From the NCBI GenBank assembly GCA_964485855.1, contig CAZAKI010000006.1, forward strand, positions 3,995 through 67,994: 64,000 nt of DNA. The letters are read 5' to 3'. Source of the DNA: an uncultured Syntrophomonadaceae bacterium. GTDB lineage: Bacteria > Bacillota > Dethiobacteria > DTU022. The translations under genes and the position numbers were made by a program. This document shows, in pieces, positions 50,052-59,809 of this stretch. The notes under the pieces were generated by a model that made no database searches, was not told where the DNA came from, and worked only from the letters and a program-made list of their open reading frames with translations. The number at the start of each line of letters is the position of its first letter. Position 1 is the first letter of the stretch.

Positions 50052-50083
50052 AAGGCGCTCTCTTTAATCAGGGAGCGCCTTTT
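50052..50083 (+). terminator. Intrinsic terminator after gdhA
   Basis: AAGGCGCTC...GAGCGCCTT followed by TT. Confidence 0.8.
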
Positions 50084-50230
50084 GTCGTCTTATCCCTGGT
50101 TAACAATGTTTTTTCAAACCTCAAGGTTTGACCTTCTGTTTGCTATTATGTTAATCTAAAGCCGTTGGAAAAGCGGTTTTCGGATTGATGGCGATTTACG
50201 CTAAATTAATTATTTTTCTGGTGGGCTAAC

Positions 50231-53197
50231 ATGGATTTAGAACGCTTGAATTATTACTACACAAAATTTAAATTTGGCGAAGATAATTTCCACGATCTGA
50301 TGCAATTCAGAGTTCGGGAAATTTTGCTGATCTCCACCCTCTATGATGCCTATACCTTTGAACAGGAGTCAAGGTTAAGTCAACAGTTAGTCGGCGAATA
50401 TCATGAATTAAAATTGACGACTATACCGCGGATCACCAATGTACCCACTGCTGAAGAAGCTCTGGATAAATTAAAAGAGCAGCGTTATGATTTGATCATT
50501 ACTACCATGCGCATTGCCGGTTTGACTGCTTTCGAACTGGGTCGGAAGATCAAAGAACAATACAGTGACATCCCGATTTTGCTTTTACTGACTAATAAAG
50601 CCGATCTAAGTATTGTATCGGGCAAACAGGGTGAAATGGCTTATTTTGATAATGTTTTTCTCTGGAATGGCGATTCCAAGCTGATCCTGGCGATGATCAA
50701 ATACATCGAGGATAAGCAGAATGTCGAATACGATACCCGCAATGGTCTGGTCAGAGTGATCCTGCTGGTGGAAGACTCGGTTGATTTTTATTCCCTTTAT
50801 CTGCCGGCACTTTACAAAGAGATTATGTTACAGACCCAAAGGCTAATTTCCGAGGAATTAAATGATGCCCAAAAGTATTACCGGATGCGAGCCAGACCGA
50901 AAGTCCTCTATGCCAGAAATTATGAAGAAGCGATTGCTCTTTACGAGCAATATAAAGAATTTATTCTTTGCCTGATCTCTGATATTAGCTTTGAAAAAGA
51001 TGGTGAAATAAATCGGGAGGCCGGAATAGAGCTAATCAAGACAGTCCAGAAGGATAAATGGGAAATACCGGTTCTCTTACAGTCTTCTGAACCGGCTAAC
51101 AAAAAAGTAGCTGAATCTTTGCAAGCTAGTTTTATCTGCAAATACTCCCCGAATCTTTTATACGAAGTGAAAAATTTTATCTGTACGAATTTAGGTTTTG
51201 GCGATTTTATTTTTCGTAATGCAGACGGAGAAGAAATTGATCGCGCAACCTCTTTGGCAGACCTGGAAAAGAAGATTATGTTAGTTCCAAAGGAAACCTT
51301 GCTTTATCATAGCAAGAAGAATCATTTTTCGGCCTGGCTGATTGCCCATGGTGAAATCCAGGTGGCGAGAAAAATACGTCCGGTTAAGAACACTGATTTT
51401 GCCGATACTGATCAGCATCGGCAATTTTTGGTTAATGTCTTTAACCAGACCAGGAACCAGCGGCGAAAAGGCAAGGTAATCGCATTTGAGAAAAATTCAC
51501 TGGCCACGGAAAATCAGATTATTAAGTTAACCGAAGGTTCGCTTGGGGGTAAAGGTCGGGGAATCGCTTTTTTTAACAGTTTATTTTCAATTATAAATAC
51601 AGAACGGGAAGACGATGAAACTGCGATAAAAATCCCGAGGACTTTTATTATTGGCACGGATGAGTACGATTCTTTTATCGAAGTTAACAAACTACGCAAA
51701 TTAATGACCTGTGAAAACGATCAATTGATCAAGGAGCAGTTCATTAAAGGAAAACTCACCTCTGAACTAACCGCAAAGCTTACCGAACTGCTGCAGGTTA
51801 TTACCAAACCCCTGGCAGTGAGATCCTCCGGCCTGCTGGAAGATTCGCAGTCCCAGCCTTTTGCCGGGATTTATGAAACCTACATGCTGCCCAATAATGC
51901 GGAGCAATTATCAGCTCGTCTTGAACAGCTAACGCGTGCGATTAAGTTGGTCTATGCATCAGTATATTTACAGAACGCTAAAAGCTACATCGAAAGCCTT
52001 CGGTATCGGTTGGAAGAAGAAAAAATGGCGGTTGTGATGCAGGAAGTAGTAGGGAAGGAAACGGCGGGGTTTTATTATCCTCACTTTTCAGGTGTGGCCC
52101 AATCGTATAACTTTTATCCCACTTCTTATCTTAAGCATCACGATGGCGTAGCGATGCTTGTTGCCGGCCTCGGCCATTCAATAGTTGAAGGCGGTAGAAC
52201 CCACCGGTTTTGCCCCCGTTATCCCGAGATGAACTTTTTTTCGCTTGAAGATCAGATCCGTTACACCCAAACAGAAATATTTGCCCTGGATATGCAAAAA
52301 GGCAACACCGAGAACGATAAAGTTGAACTTACTACCCTGGCTATGCTGCCAATTGAAACTGTTGAAGAACACAAGAATTTGAAACATCTGGCCTCTGCCT
52401 GGGATGCAGCAAACAATCGGATCGAAAGCGGACTTGCTACCGAAGGACCGCGGGTAGTTAATTTTGCCAACATTTTACAGTACGAAACTTTCCCCCTGGC
52501 AAAGCTTTTGGTTGATATTCTTGGTATCTCTGAAGTTGCCTTTGGAGTACCGGTTGAAATCGAATTTGCAGTTGATCTGACAAGTAATCAAGCTAGTGGC
52601 GAAATGCCTGCGTTTTACTTTTTGCAGGTTCGTCCACTTACGGTTAATACTGGTGAACTTAATATCGATCTTGATACACTTGGGGCTGAAGCCCTAATCC
52701 TATATACAAATGAAGGGATGGGACACGGTGTAGTTGATAACCTTTATGACCTGGTAGTGGTTAATCCTGAGCACTTTAATAAAACCGAGACCATTAAGAT
52801 TCAGCAGGAGATAGAATATTTTAATCAAAAACTAAAAAATGAAAACAGACGTTATATTTTGATTGGTCCCGGGCGTTGGGGTTCCCGCGATCGTAGCTTG
52901 GGTGTTCCGGTTAGCTGGGGGCAAATTTCGCAGGCCCAGGTTATTGTGGAAGCCGGTATTAAGGATTTTGATATTGAACCATCCCAGGGCACCCATTTTT
53001 TCCATAACCTTGTTGCTATGAATATCGGTTATTTTAACATTAATTATCATTCAAAAACCGATTTCATCGACTGGGACTGGATCAAGATTCAGAATCGGGA
53101 TGAAGAAAAGAGCTATACTTTTCACCTCAAAAGTGAACGGCCCTTTGTCGTTAAAATGGATGGTAAAAAAGGAACTTCAGTGATCATGAAGCCCTGA
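50231..53197 (+). CDS. Receiver-like domains fused to a PEP synthase/PPDK N-terminal ATP-grasp domain (function unknown)
   Basis: N-terminal 'ILLISTLYDAY..E' and 'ILLVEDS..FYS' receiver-like folds; GSLGGKGRG, LAVRSSGLLEDS..QPFAG.Y.T; no phospho-His swivel or pyruvate barrel. Confidence 0.85.
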   Translation: MDLERLNYYYTKFKFGEDNFHDLMQFRVREILLISTLYDAYTFEQESRLSQQLVGEYHELKLTTIPRITNVPTAEEALDKLKEQRYDLIITTMRIAGLTAFELGRKIKEQYSDIPILLLLTNKADLSIVSGKQGEMAYFDNVFLWNGDSKLILAMIKYIEDKQNVEYDTRNGLVRVILLVEDSVDFYSLYLPALYKEIMLQTQRLISEELNDAQKYYRMRARPKVLYARNYEEAIALYEQYKEFILCLISDISFEKDGEINREAGIELIKTVQKDKWEIPVLLQSSEPANKKVAESLQASFICKYSPNLLYEVKNFICTNLGFGDFIFRNADGEEIDRATSLADLEKKIMLVPKETLLYHSKKNHFSAWLIAHGEIQVARKIRPVKNTDFADTDQHRQFLVNVFNQTRNQRRKGKVIAFEKNSLATENQIIKLTEGSLGGKGRGIAFFNSLFSIINTEREDDETAIKIPRTFIIGTDEYDSFIEVNKLRKLMTCENDQLIKEQFIKGKLTSELTAKLTELLQVITKPLAVRSSGLLEDSQSQPFAGIYETYMLPNNAEQLSARLEQLTRAIKLVYASVYLQNAKSYIESLRYRLEEEKMAVVMQEVVGKETAGFYYPHFSGVAQSYNFYPTSYLKHHDGVAMLVAGLGHSIVEGGRTHRFCPRYPEMNFFSLEDQIRYTQTEIFALDMQKGNTENDKVELTTLAMLPIETVEEHKNLKHLASAWDAANNRIESGLATEGPRVVNFANILQYETFPLAKLLVDILGISEVAFGVPVEIEFAVDLTSNQASGEMPAFYFLQVRPLTVNTGELNIDLDTLGAEALILYTNEGMGHGVVDNLYDLVVVNPEHFNKTETIKIQQEIEYFNQKLKNENRRYILIGPGRWGSRDRSLGVPVSWGQISQAQVIVEAGIKDFDIEPSQGTHFFHNLVAMNIGYFNINYHSKTDFIDWDWIKIQNRDEEKSYTFHLKSERPFVVKMDGKKGTSVIMKP

Positions 53198-53346
53198 TCG
53201 ATGGAGTTATTTTGATTATAATAATGATAAGATCGATCATTATAATAATTATATTTAAATATCCGGTAGCTTTTTGTCACTTTCTGTCGGCCGCTGATTA
53301 GAATTTAATTTAGTAGTCTTATTGTCCGAGGGAGGGGATTTGACTT

Positions 53347-53607
53347 TTGACCCGAACCAAAGCAAAAGAATCCGACGCACTCTTAAACATTAATCACCAG
53401 TGGTGTAAAGGGTGCGGCATCTGTATGGCTTTCTGTCCGCGGGAAGCTCTTTTTTTGAATGACAGAGGAAAAGCGGAAGTAATCAGCGACAAGTGCACGG
53501 CCTGCGGTGTGTGTGAGCTGTTCTGCCCGGATTTTGCACTTTCTTTGATTAAGAGGAGGAGTTCAGCAAATGCCGGAAACGAAACCGCTTTTAATGCAGG
53601 GCAATGA
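53347..53607 (+). CDS. korD: 2-oxoacid:ferredoxin oxidoreductase delta subunit (2x[4Fe-4S])
   Basis: WCKGCGICMAFCP and CTACGVCELFCPDFA. Confidence 0.88.
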   Translation: MTRTKAKESDALLNINHQWCKGCGICMAFCPREALFLNDRGKAEVISDKCTACGVCELFCPDFALSLIKRRSSANAGNETAFNAGQ

Positions 53608-54700
53608 AGCCTGTGCCGTAGGAGCAATAGATGCCGGAGTTCGTTTTTATGCCGGTTATCCGATCACTCCTTCTACTGAAATAGCCGAAATAATGGCTGC
53701 ACGGTTGCCGGAAATTGGCGGTGTTTTTATTCAGATGGAAGATGAGATTGCCAGTATGGCAGCCGTCATTGGGGCCTCGATTGGTGGGATGCGAACCTTG
53801 ACGGCAACCAGCGGACCCGGATTTTCCCTGAAACAGGAAAACCTTGGTTATGCAATCATGGCCGAGATTCCTACCGTGGTTGTCGATGTACAGCGGATGG
53901 GCCCCAGCACCGGTGTGCCGACCGCACCATCCCAGGGTGATGTGATGCAGTCACGTTGGGGCACTCACGGAGATCATCCGATTATCGTTTTTTCACCGGC
54001 TTCAGTTTACGAAACATACTATCTAACTATTGCTGCGGTTAACCTGAGCCAAAAACTGCGGCAGCCGGTTATTATGCTTCTTGACGAGGTTATCGGTCAT
54101 ATGCGGGAGAAAGTTATGATTCCCGAAAGTGGCAAACTTTTAGTTGAAAAATCAAGCAATGAAGTGCCTGCCGATTGGAAACCTTATGATGAGAAGGGGC
54201 TGACGCCCCTGGTTCCCTTTGGTTTTGGTCATTATTATCATGTAACCGGTTTGTATCATGATCAGTATGGTTTCCCAACCGGTGATCCGCTCCAGGTTGA
54301 GCGGGCTCTTGACCGGTTGCATGATAAACTCGATAAATATCGCGATGAGATTATCCTCACCAATTACATTGGTCATAAGGAGCCACGGGTCGCTTTAGTT
54401 ACTTACGGCTGTACTGTTCGTTCTGCTCGGGCGGTAGTGAAAAAAGCATACTGGCAGAATCGCCTGCCGGTCGGCTTGCTTAGCTTACAAACCATTTGGC
54501 CTTTTCCGGCCCGTGAAATTGAAGCCCTGGCCAAGCAGGTTGATGTCATTATTGTTCCGGAGCTTAACAGGGGACAGTTAGTTGGTGAAGTTGAAAGATA
54601 TGCTGCCGGTCAGGCTAAGGTAGTACCGTTTAATCGCTATGATGGTGAAATGATCTTACCGGATCAAATATCTGATTTAATTGGGAGGTGGCTGTCATAG
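53570..54700 (+). CDS. korA: 2-oxoacid:ferredoxin oxidoreductase alpha subunit (2-oxoglutarate type likely)
   Basis: GNEA, AGYPITPSTE, QMEDEIAS, TATSGPG, QRMGPSTG. Confidence 0.9.
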   Translation: MPETKPLLMQGNEACAVGAIDAGVRFYAGYPITPSTEIAEIMAARLPEIGGVFIQMEDEIASMAAVIGASIGGMRTLTATSGPGFSLKQENLGYAIMAEIPTVVVDVQRMGPSTGVPTAPSQGDVMQSRWGTHGDHPIIVFSPASVYETYYLTIAAVNLSQKLRQPVIMLLDEVIGHMREKVMIPESGKLLVEKSSNEVPADWKPYDEKGLTPLVPFGFGHYYHVTGLYHDQYGFPTGDPLQVERALDRLHDKLDKYRDEIILTNYIGHKEPRVALVTYGCTVRSARAVVKKAYWQNRLPVGLLSLQTIWPFPAREIEALAKQVDVIIVPELNRGQLVGEVERYAAGQAKVVPFNRYDGEMILPDQISDLIGRWLS

Positions 54701-55503
54701 AACAGCTGACCCAGGATTTTTTACGAACCAGGAAATTGCCTCATATCTGGTGCCCAGGATGCGGAAACGGCATTGTTACGGCTGCACTGGTTAGGGCCAT
54801 TGAAAGAGCGGGTTACGATCAGCGTGATGTGGTTATTGTATCGGGTATTGGCTGTTCTTCCCGTGCTGCAGGTTATCTCAATTTTAATACCCTGCATACT
54901 ACTCATGGCCGGGCATTGGCTTTTGCCACCGGATTGAAAATGGCCAGGCCGGAACTGATTCTTTTTGTCATTATGGGAGATGGCGATGCCAGTGCCATCG
55001 GTGGTAACCATTTAATTCATGCAGCCAGAAGGAATATAGATCTGAATGCCGTAATAGTAAACAATCATATTTACGGGATGACAGGTGGTCAGCATTCACC
55101 TTTAACTCCGACCGGCAAAAAAGCTACTACGGCACCTCATGGAACCCTTGAAAGGCCGTTTGACCTTTTGGAACTGGCCCGGGGTGCGGGTGCAACTTTC
55201 GGAGCCAGGGGCAATGCCGCACAACCCCGCCAGTTGGAGCAGTTAATCGCCAGGGCATCCAGACATAAGGGATTCTCAGTAGTTGAAGCACTTTCTCCCT
55301 GCCCAATTTCCTACGGGCGCCGCAATAAGCTGGGCGGGGCAGTTGATATGCTGCGAGACATGAAAGAAAAGAGTATCGCCGTTGAGCGTGCTGCTGAAAT
55401 GAAAGAGGAAGAGCTCGAAGGGAAGACGCTGAACGGTGTCCTCTTTGAAATCGATCTTCCCGAGTTTTCAGAAGAGTATCACCGAATGATCAAAAATGCT
55501 TAG
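54688..55503 (+). CDS. korB: 2-oxoacid:ferredoxin oxidoreductase beta subunit (TPP-binding)
   Basis: WCPGCG, SGIGCSSR, HTTHGRA, GDGD...IGGNH, NNHIYGMTGGQ. Confidence 0.9.
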   Translation: MAVIEQLTQDFLRTRKLPHIWCPGCGNGIVTAALVRAIERAGYDQRDVVIVSGIGCSSRAAGYLNFNTLHTTHGRALAFATGLKMARPELILFVIMGDGDASAIGGNHLIHAARRNIDLNAVIVNNHIYGMTGGQHSPLTPTGKKATTAPHGTLERPFDLLELARGAGATFGARGNAAQPRQLEQLIARASRHKGFSVVEALSPCPISYGRRNKLGGAVDMLRDMKEKSIAVERAAEMKEEELEGKTLNGVLFEIDLPEFSEEYHRMIKNA

Positions 55504-55526
55504 ATTTGATTACGGGGGGATTATTG

Positions 55527-56105
55527 TTGAGTAAAAGACAGGAGATATTGCTGACTGGAGCCGGTGGGCAGGGATTGATCTTGGCATCTATCGTCCTGGC
55601 TGAAGCAGCTGTTAATGATAATAAAAATGTTGTTCAAACCCAGTCTTACGGGCCTGAGGCGCGCGGTGGGGCCAGTATGGCTGGAGTGATTATTGATGTT
55701 GACACAATCGAATATCCCAAGGTAACCAGCCCAACGGTTTTGCTCTGTATGAATCAGGCTTCATATAACAAGTATTTACCGAAAGTAGAACCTGGCTGTG
55801 TTATTATAACCGATTCAACTTTTGTCAGCGGCCCATACAAGGAAGAATATAAAGTTCGGTCTTTCCCCATAACCAAGATGGCCAAAGAAATACTAAAACG
55901 CGAAGTAGTTGCTAATATGCTGGCACTAGGGGTGATCAATGCTGCTACCGGGCTGGTTGATCGAGAAATCTTCAGGGAAAGCATATTCAAGATGGCTCCC
56001 AAGGGAAGTGGTGAGCTTAATCAGCAGGCGTATGATCTTGGTTACAGCATTTTTGAGGCGGGCCCTGGACAGGTTAACGGCGTATCTGCTCAAAACCCTC
56101 AATAA
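55527..56105 (+). CDS. korC: 2-oxoacid:ferredoxin oxidoreductase gamma subunit
   Basis: GAGGQG, QSYGPEARGG, NMLALG; likely TTG start after GGGGGA. Confidence 0.88.
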   Translation: MSKRQEILLTGAGGQGLILASIVLAEAAVNDNKNVVQTQSYGPEARGGASMAGVIIDVDTIEYPKVTSPTVLLCMNQASYNKYLPKVEPGCVIITDSTFVSGPYKEEYKVRSFPITKMAKEILKREVVANMLALGVINAATGLVDREIFRESIFKMAPKGSGELNQQAYDLGYSIFEAGPGQVNGVSAQNPQ

Positions 56106-57360
56106 AAAGGTGATCCTGGTAGTAACCGTTACTGCTATTGTAACGGAGCTTTTTGCCGCAACCGAAATTGGTCCCTTTCGTTTCTCGGTTGGAGCGATTG
56201 TTTTTATTTGCGCCATCTTAAGCTTTCACCAGTTGCCAATAATTACCACTGCAGTTCTGGTCGTCATTTCCTCATTTTTATTGCGTGTCGGTTTGGTCTT
56301 TTTCATCTCTTCTCACCATGTTCAATTTTCGCTTACTCTTGATAATTATTATTCTAACTTGGTATTTTTCATCTCGCTTTCCATTCTGCTTTCTTTGGTC
56401 AATATCAGAAAAATTCCTCGCCGGATTACCCTGCTGATGTGCCTATATCTCTGGTTTGCTCTTACTATCGCGAACCTGGCTGAAGCGCTGATCAGATTAC
56501 CCGGCCAGGAATTAATGATTATTGATGATATTTGCATCCTATTCCTGATGGCAGCGGTCCAGGTATTCCTGATTATTAGCCTGCTTAAGATCAGCCATCT
56601 TCAGAGAACGTTGATTTTGGATGAAGAGCAGAAAGCCAACTATGAACGGATGCTCATTGTAGCTTCAGATTTGTATGATGAACAATTTTTTATGCAAAAA
56701 TCAATGGAAAACATCGAAAATATTATGGCTAAAAGTTATATTCTGCATAAACGGTTAAAAGAGATGAAACTGACTGATTCCTTACCGGAAAACTCTGCCC
56801 TTGAAATTGCTGAAGAGGTCCATGAGGTGAAGAAAGATACGATGCGTGTTTTAGCCGGGATTGGCGAGGTAATTAAAATACGCAGGGAAAAACCTTCGAT
56901 GAATCTAGCTGAGATCATTGATCTTGTCGTTAAGACCAATAGCAGCTATGCGCAGAGCCTCACCAAAGATATTCGGTTTAGTTTTACTGTGGAAAAAGCA
57001 TTAACCACTAAACAGATCTATCCGCTTTTATCAATCTTAAATAATCTTGTTTCCAACGCAGTAGAAGCGATATCCGGAGCAGGATTGATTCGCCTTCAGG
57101 CTAGGGCGAAAGGTCCGATTTTACGTATCACTGTCAGTGACAATGGTGAATTGATCAGGACCGATAACCAACCGCTGATCTTTGAAGCCGGTTTTACGAC
57201 GAAGTATAATGATGATGGTGTTCCTTCAACCGGTATAGGTTTGGCTTATGTCCGGGGTTTGGTTGAAAAATTCAGGGGCCGGGTTCTTTTTCGCCAAGTT
57301 GATCAGGAGAAGTGTTTTATTATTCTGATTCCCCTTAGTGCCATCATGGAGGATCAATAA
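56053..57360 (+). CDS. Membrane sensor histidine kinase, GlnK (YcbA)-like
   Basis: N-terminal TM region (GPFRFSVG); EEVHEVKKD H-box; LNNLVSNAVEA; FEAGFTTK...STGIGL. Start uncertain (about 56053-56110; longest ORF starts 55939). Confidence 0.82.
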   Translation: MRRALDRLTAYLLKTLNKKVILVVTVTAIVTELFAATEIGPFRFSVGAIVFICAILSFHQLPIITTAVLVVISSFLLRVGLVFFISSHHVQFSLTLDNYYSNLVFFISLSILLSLVNIRKIPRRITLLMCLYLWFALTIANLAEALIRLPGQELMIIDDICILFLMAAVQVFLIISLLKISHLQRTLILDEEQKANYERMLIVASDLYDEQFFMQKSMENIENIMAKSYILHKRLKEMKLTDSLPENSALEIAEEVHEVKKDTMRVLAGIGEVIKIRREKPSMNLAEIIDLVVKTNSSYAQSLTKDIRFSFTVEKALTTKQIYPLLSILNNLVSNAVEAISGAGLIRLQARAKGPILRITVSDNGELIRTDNQPLIFEAGFTTKYNDDGVPSTGIGLAYVRGLVEKFRGRVLFRQVDQEKCFIILIPLSAIMEDQ

Positions 57361-58289
57361 TGGATTTTACATTTTTTATTATCGATGATGATCTAGCCTG
57401 CCGAAAAATATTAGCGCAGATTATTGAAGATGAAAATTTAGGCGAAATAGTCGGTGAGCTTCCGGACGGTCACGGTAATATTATTGGCACAATTGCCTAT
57501 CACCAACCTGATGTTTTACTGGTTGATCTTCTCATGCCTGGGAAAGACGGCATAGAAGTTGCTGAACAGCTCAGAGCAAGAAATTATCGGGGCAAGATTG
57601 TGATGATTTCTCAGGTTGAAAATAAAGAGATGGTAGCCCAGGCTTATGCCGCAGGAATAGAATTTTATATCAATAAACCGATAAATAAGATCGAAGTAAT
57701 TTCTGTAATCAGAAATGTAACTGAAAGAATAAGGATGGAAGAATCTTTTGAGCAAATGCGCGAATCTTTGGCTAACCTTGACCGGATCGGCAGTTTGCGC
57801 CGTACGTATAGACAAATGCAGTCCAGGCAGCTTGATCGTGATACCATTATTGAAAGAACCAGTGAATTGCTAGCCGATCTGGGCTTGATAGGAGAACCTG
57901 GCAGTCATGATTTGATCCAAATTGTGATTTTCCTTTTTGGTGTTCCTGATATTGAAAAATATCTTGGTGAGTACCGTCGTTTAAAGGATCTATACCTGGC
58001 GATCCAGAAAACCTATTTGCGTGAAGAAGATAAGCAAAGTGACATGCGCGCTATTGAACAGCGGGTGAGGCGGGCGATTAGACACTCAATGGAACATGTT
58101 GCTGCACTTGGCCTTGAGGATTATAACAACCCAATTTTTGAGCGTTATGGATCCAAATTTTTTGATTTTAATGAATTACGGCTGCGGATGAAAGAGCTGG
58201 AACAAGGCCCGGAACCTGCTTCTAAAACCAGGGTTAATATTAGGCAATTTATCAATGCCCTCTATGGTGAGATCAAAAAAACCTCATAG
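57360..58289 (+). CDS. Response regulator with YcbB domain, GlnL-like
   Basis: IIDDD, VDLLMP, YINKP; C-terminal 'AIEQRVRRAI...DYNNPIFERYGSKFFDF'. Confidence 0.88.
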   Translation: MDFTFFIIDDDLACRKILAQIIEDENLGEIVGELPDGHGNIIGTIAYHQPDVLLVDLLMPGKDGIEVAEQLRARNYRGKIVMISQVENKEMVAQAYAAGIEFYINKPINKIEVISVIRNVTERIRMEESFEQMRESLANLDRIGSLRRTYRQMQSRQLDRDTIIERTSELLADLGLIGEPGSHDLIQIVIFLFGVPDIEKYLGEYRRLKDLYLAIQKTYLREEDKQSDMRAIEQRVRRAIRHSMEHVAALGLEDYNNPIFERYGSKFFDFNELRLRMKELEQGPEPASKTRVNIRQFINALYGEIKKTS

Positions 58290-58318
58290 GCGAAAAGATT
58301 AGAACAGCAAGGGAGGAT

Positions 58319-59638
58319 ATGAAACAGCGAATGGAAAAAAATATTTGTTTGGAAGCGCAACTTGCAAAGGAATGGGTTGGAGAATCAGAACTGGCTGAGT
58401 TTGAACCGGCTTTAAGAAAAGCTCATCACGCTCTTCATGACCAGAGCGGAATGGGTTCTGAGTTTACCGGCTGGGTTAACTGGCCACGCAACTATGATCA
58501 TCAAGAACTGGATCGTTTGCAGGAAACTGCTGCTCTAATCAGGGAGAAAGCAGACGTCTTTATTGTCATCGGTATTGGCGGTTCTTATCTAGGTGCACGC
58601 TCGGCAATCGATTTGATGAAGCCAAATTTCTTTAATCAACTATCACCTCGGGAACGCGGCGGTCCGGAAATTTATTTTGCCGGTAATAATTTATCTCCCG
58701 CTTACCTTGCAGATTTAATACGAATAATTGAAGATAAGGAAGTTTTTATCAATGTGATCTCCAAATCCGGGACAACCTTGGAGCCGGCCATTGCCTTCAG
58801 GGTGCTGAGAAAAATGCTCGAAGATCGATATGGCCAAAAAGAAGCTGGTAAGCGGATTATTGCTACGACCGATCGCAATAAAGGTGCCCTGCGACAACTG
58901 GCGGCCGTTGAAGGGTATCAGACCTTTAGTGTGCCCGACGATATTGGTGGTCGTTATTCGGTTCTGACGGCCGTTGGGTTGTTGCCGATTGCTGTATCAG
59001 GACTAGACCCTGATCAGATGATGAAAGGAGCATTTGCAGCCAGCCGGATTTATGGTTTATGCAATTTAGACTCAAACGATGCTTACCGGTATGCTGTGAT
59101 TAGGAATATCCTTTATCGGCAGGGGAAGACCATGGAAATTTTAGCTGCCTATGATCCCGCTTTTAATCAGTTTATTGAATGGTGGAAACAGCTATTTGGT
59201 GAAAGTGAAGGGAAAGATGCAAAAGGAATATTTCCAGCCGGAGTAAATTTCACTACTGATCTTCATTCGATGGGGCAATATATTCAGGAAGGCTTGCGCA
59301 ACTTCTTTATGACTACCCTTTGGGTGAATAAATCCCGATCATCAATTGATGTTCCCATTCTCGATGATAACGCTGATGGACTTGGCATCCTTGAAGGCAC
59401 AACCCTGCATCAGATTAATGATCAAGCCTGTCTTGGCACCATGCTGGCACATACTGAAGGAGGGGTGCCCAATTTGAAAATTGTGATTTCAGAAATAACG
59501 CCCTATCACTATGGCATGCTAGTCTATTTCTTTGAACTAGCTTGCGCCATCAGCGGGTATCTGCTCGGGGTCAATCCCTTTAATCAACCGGGAGTTGAGG
59601 CTTATAAGAAAAAGGTCTTCTCGCTTCTGGGAATCTGA
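58319..59638 (+). CDS. pgi: Glucose-6-phosphate isomerase
   Basis: IGIGGSYLG, SKSGTTLE, GGRYSVLT, WWKQLFGESEGK, PFNQPGVEAYK. Confidence 0.97.
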   Translation: MKQRMEKNICLEAQLAKEWVGESELAEFEPALRKAHHALHDQSGMGSEFTGWVNWPRNYDHQELDRLQETAALIREKADVFIVIGIGGSYLGARSAIDLMKPNFFNQLSPRERGGPEIYFAGNNLSPAYLADLIRIIEDKEVFINVISKSGTTLEPAIAFRVLRKMLEDRYGQKEAGKRIIATTDRNKGALRQLAAVEGYQTFSVPDDIGGRYSVLTAVGLLPIAVSGLDPDQMMKGAFAASRIYGLCNLDSNDAYRYAVIRNILYRQGKTMEILAAYDPAFNQFIEWWKQLFGESEGKDAKGIFPAGVNFTTDLHSMGQYIQEGLRNFFMTTLWVNKSRSSIDVPILDDNADGLGILEGTTLHQINDQACLGTMLAHTEGGVPNLKIVISEITPYHYGMLVYFFELACAISGYLLGVNPFNQPGVEAYKKKVFSLLGI

Positions 59639-59737
59639 ATCGATCTTTGCCCGGAGTGTTGATCACTGATGGGGGGCATTTCCTGGCAATCAATAAAGTA
59701 ACGGCAAGGCATCAGGTCACGAATAACGCGGTTACAA

Positions 59738-59766
59738 TTGACTTTGCAGTTTGGAAGTAATAAGAT
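59738..59766 (+). promoter_or_regulatory. SigA promoter of valS-folC
   Basis: TTGACT-17nt-TAAGAT about 45 nt upstream of the valS start. Confidence 0.7.
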
Positions 59767-59809
59767 TATGGAGAAATTTATCTTCCAGATCACGATCCGA
59801 GGTGACCAG

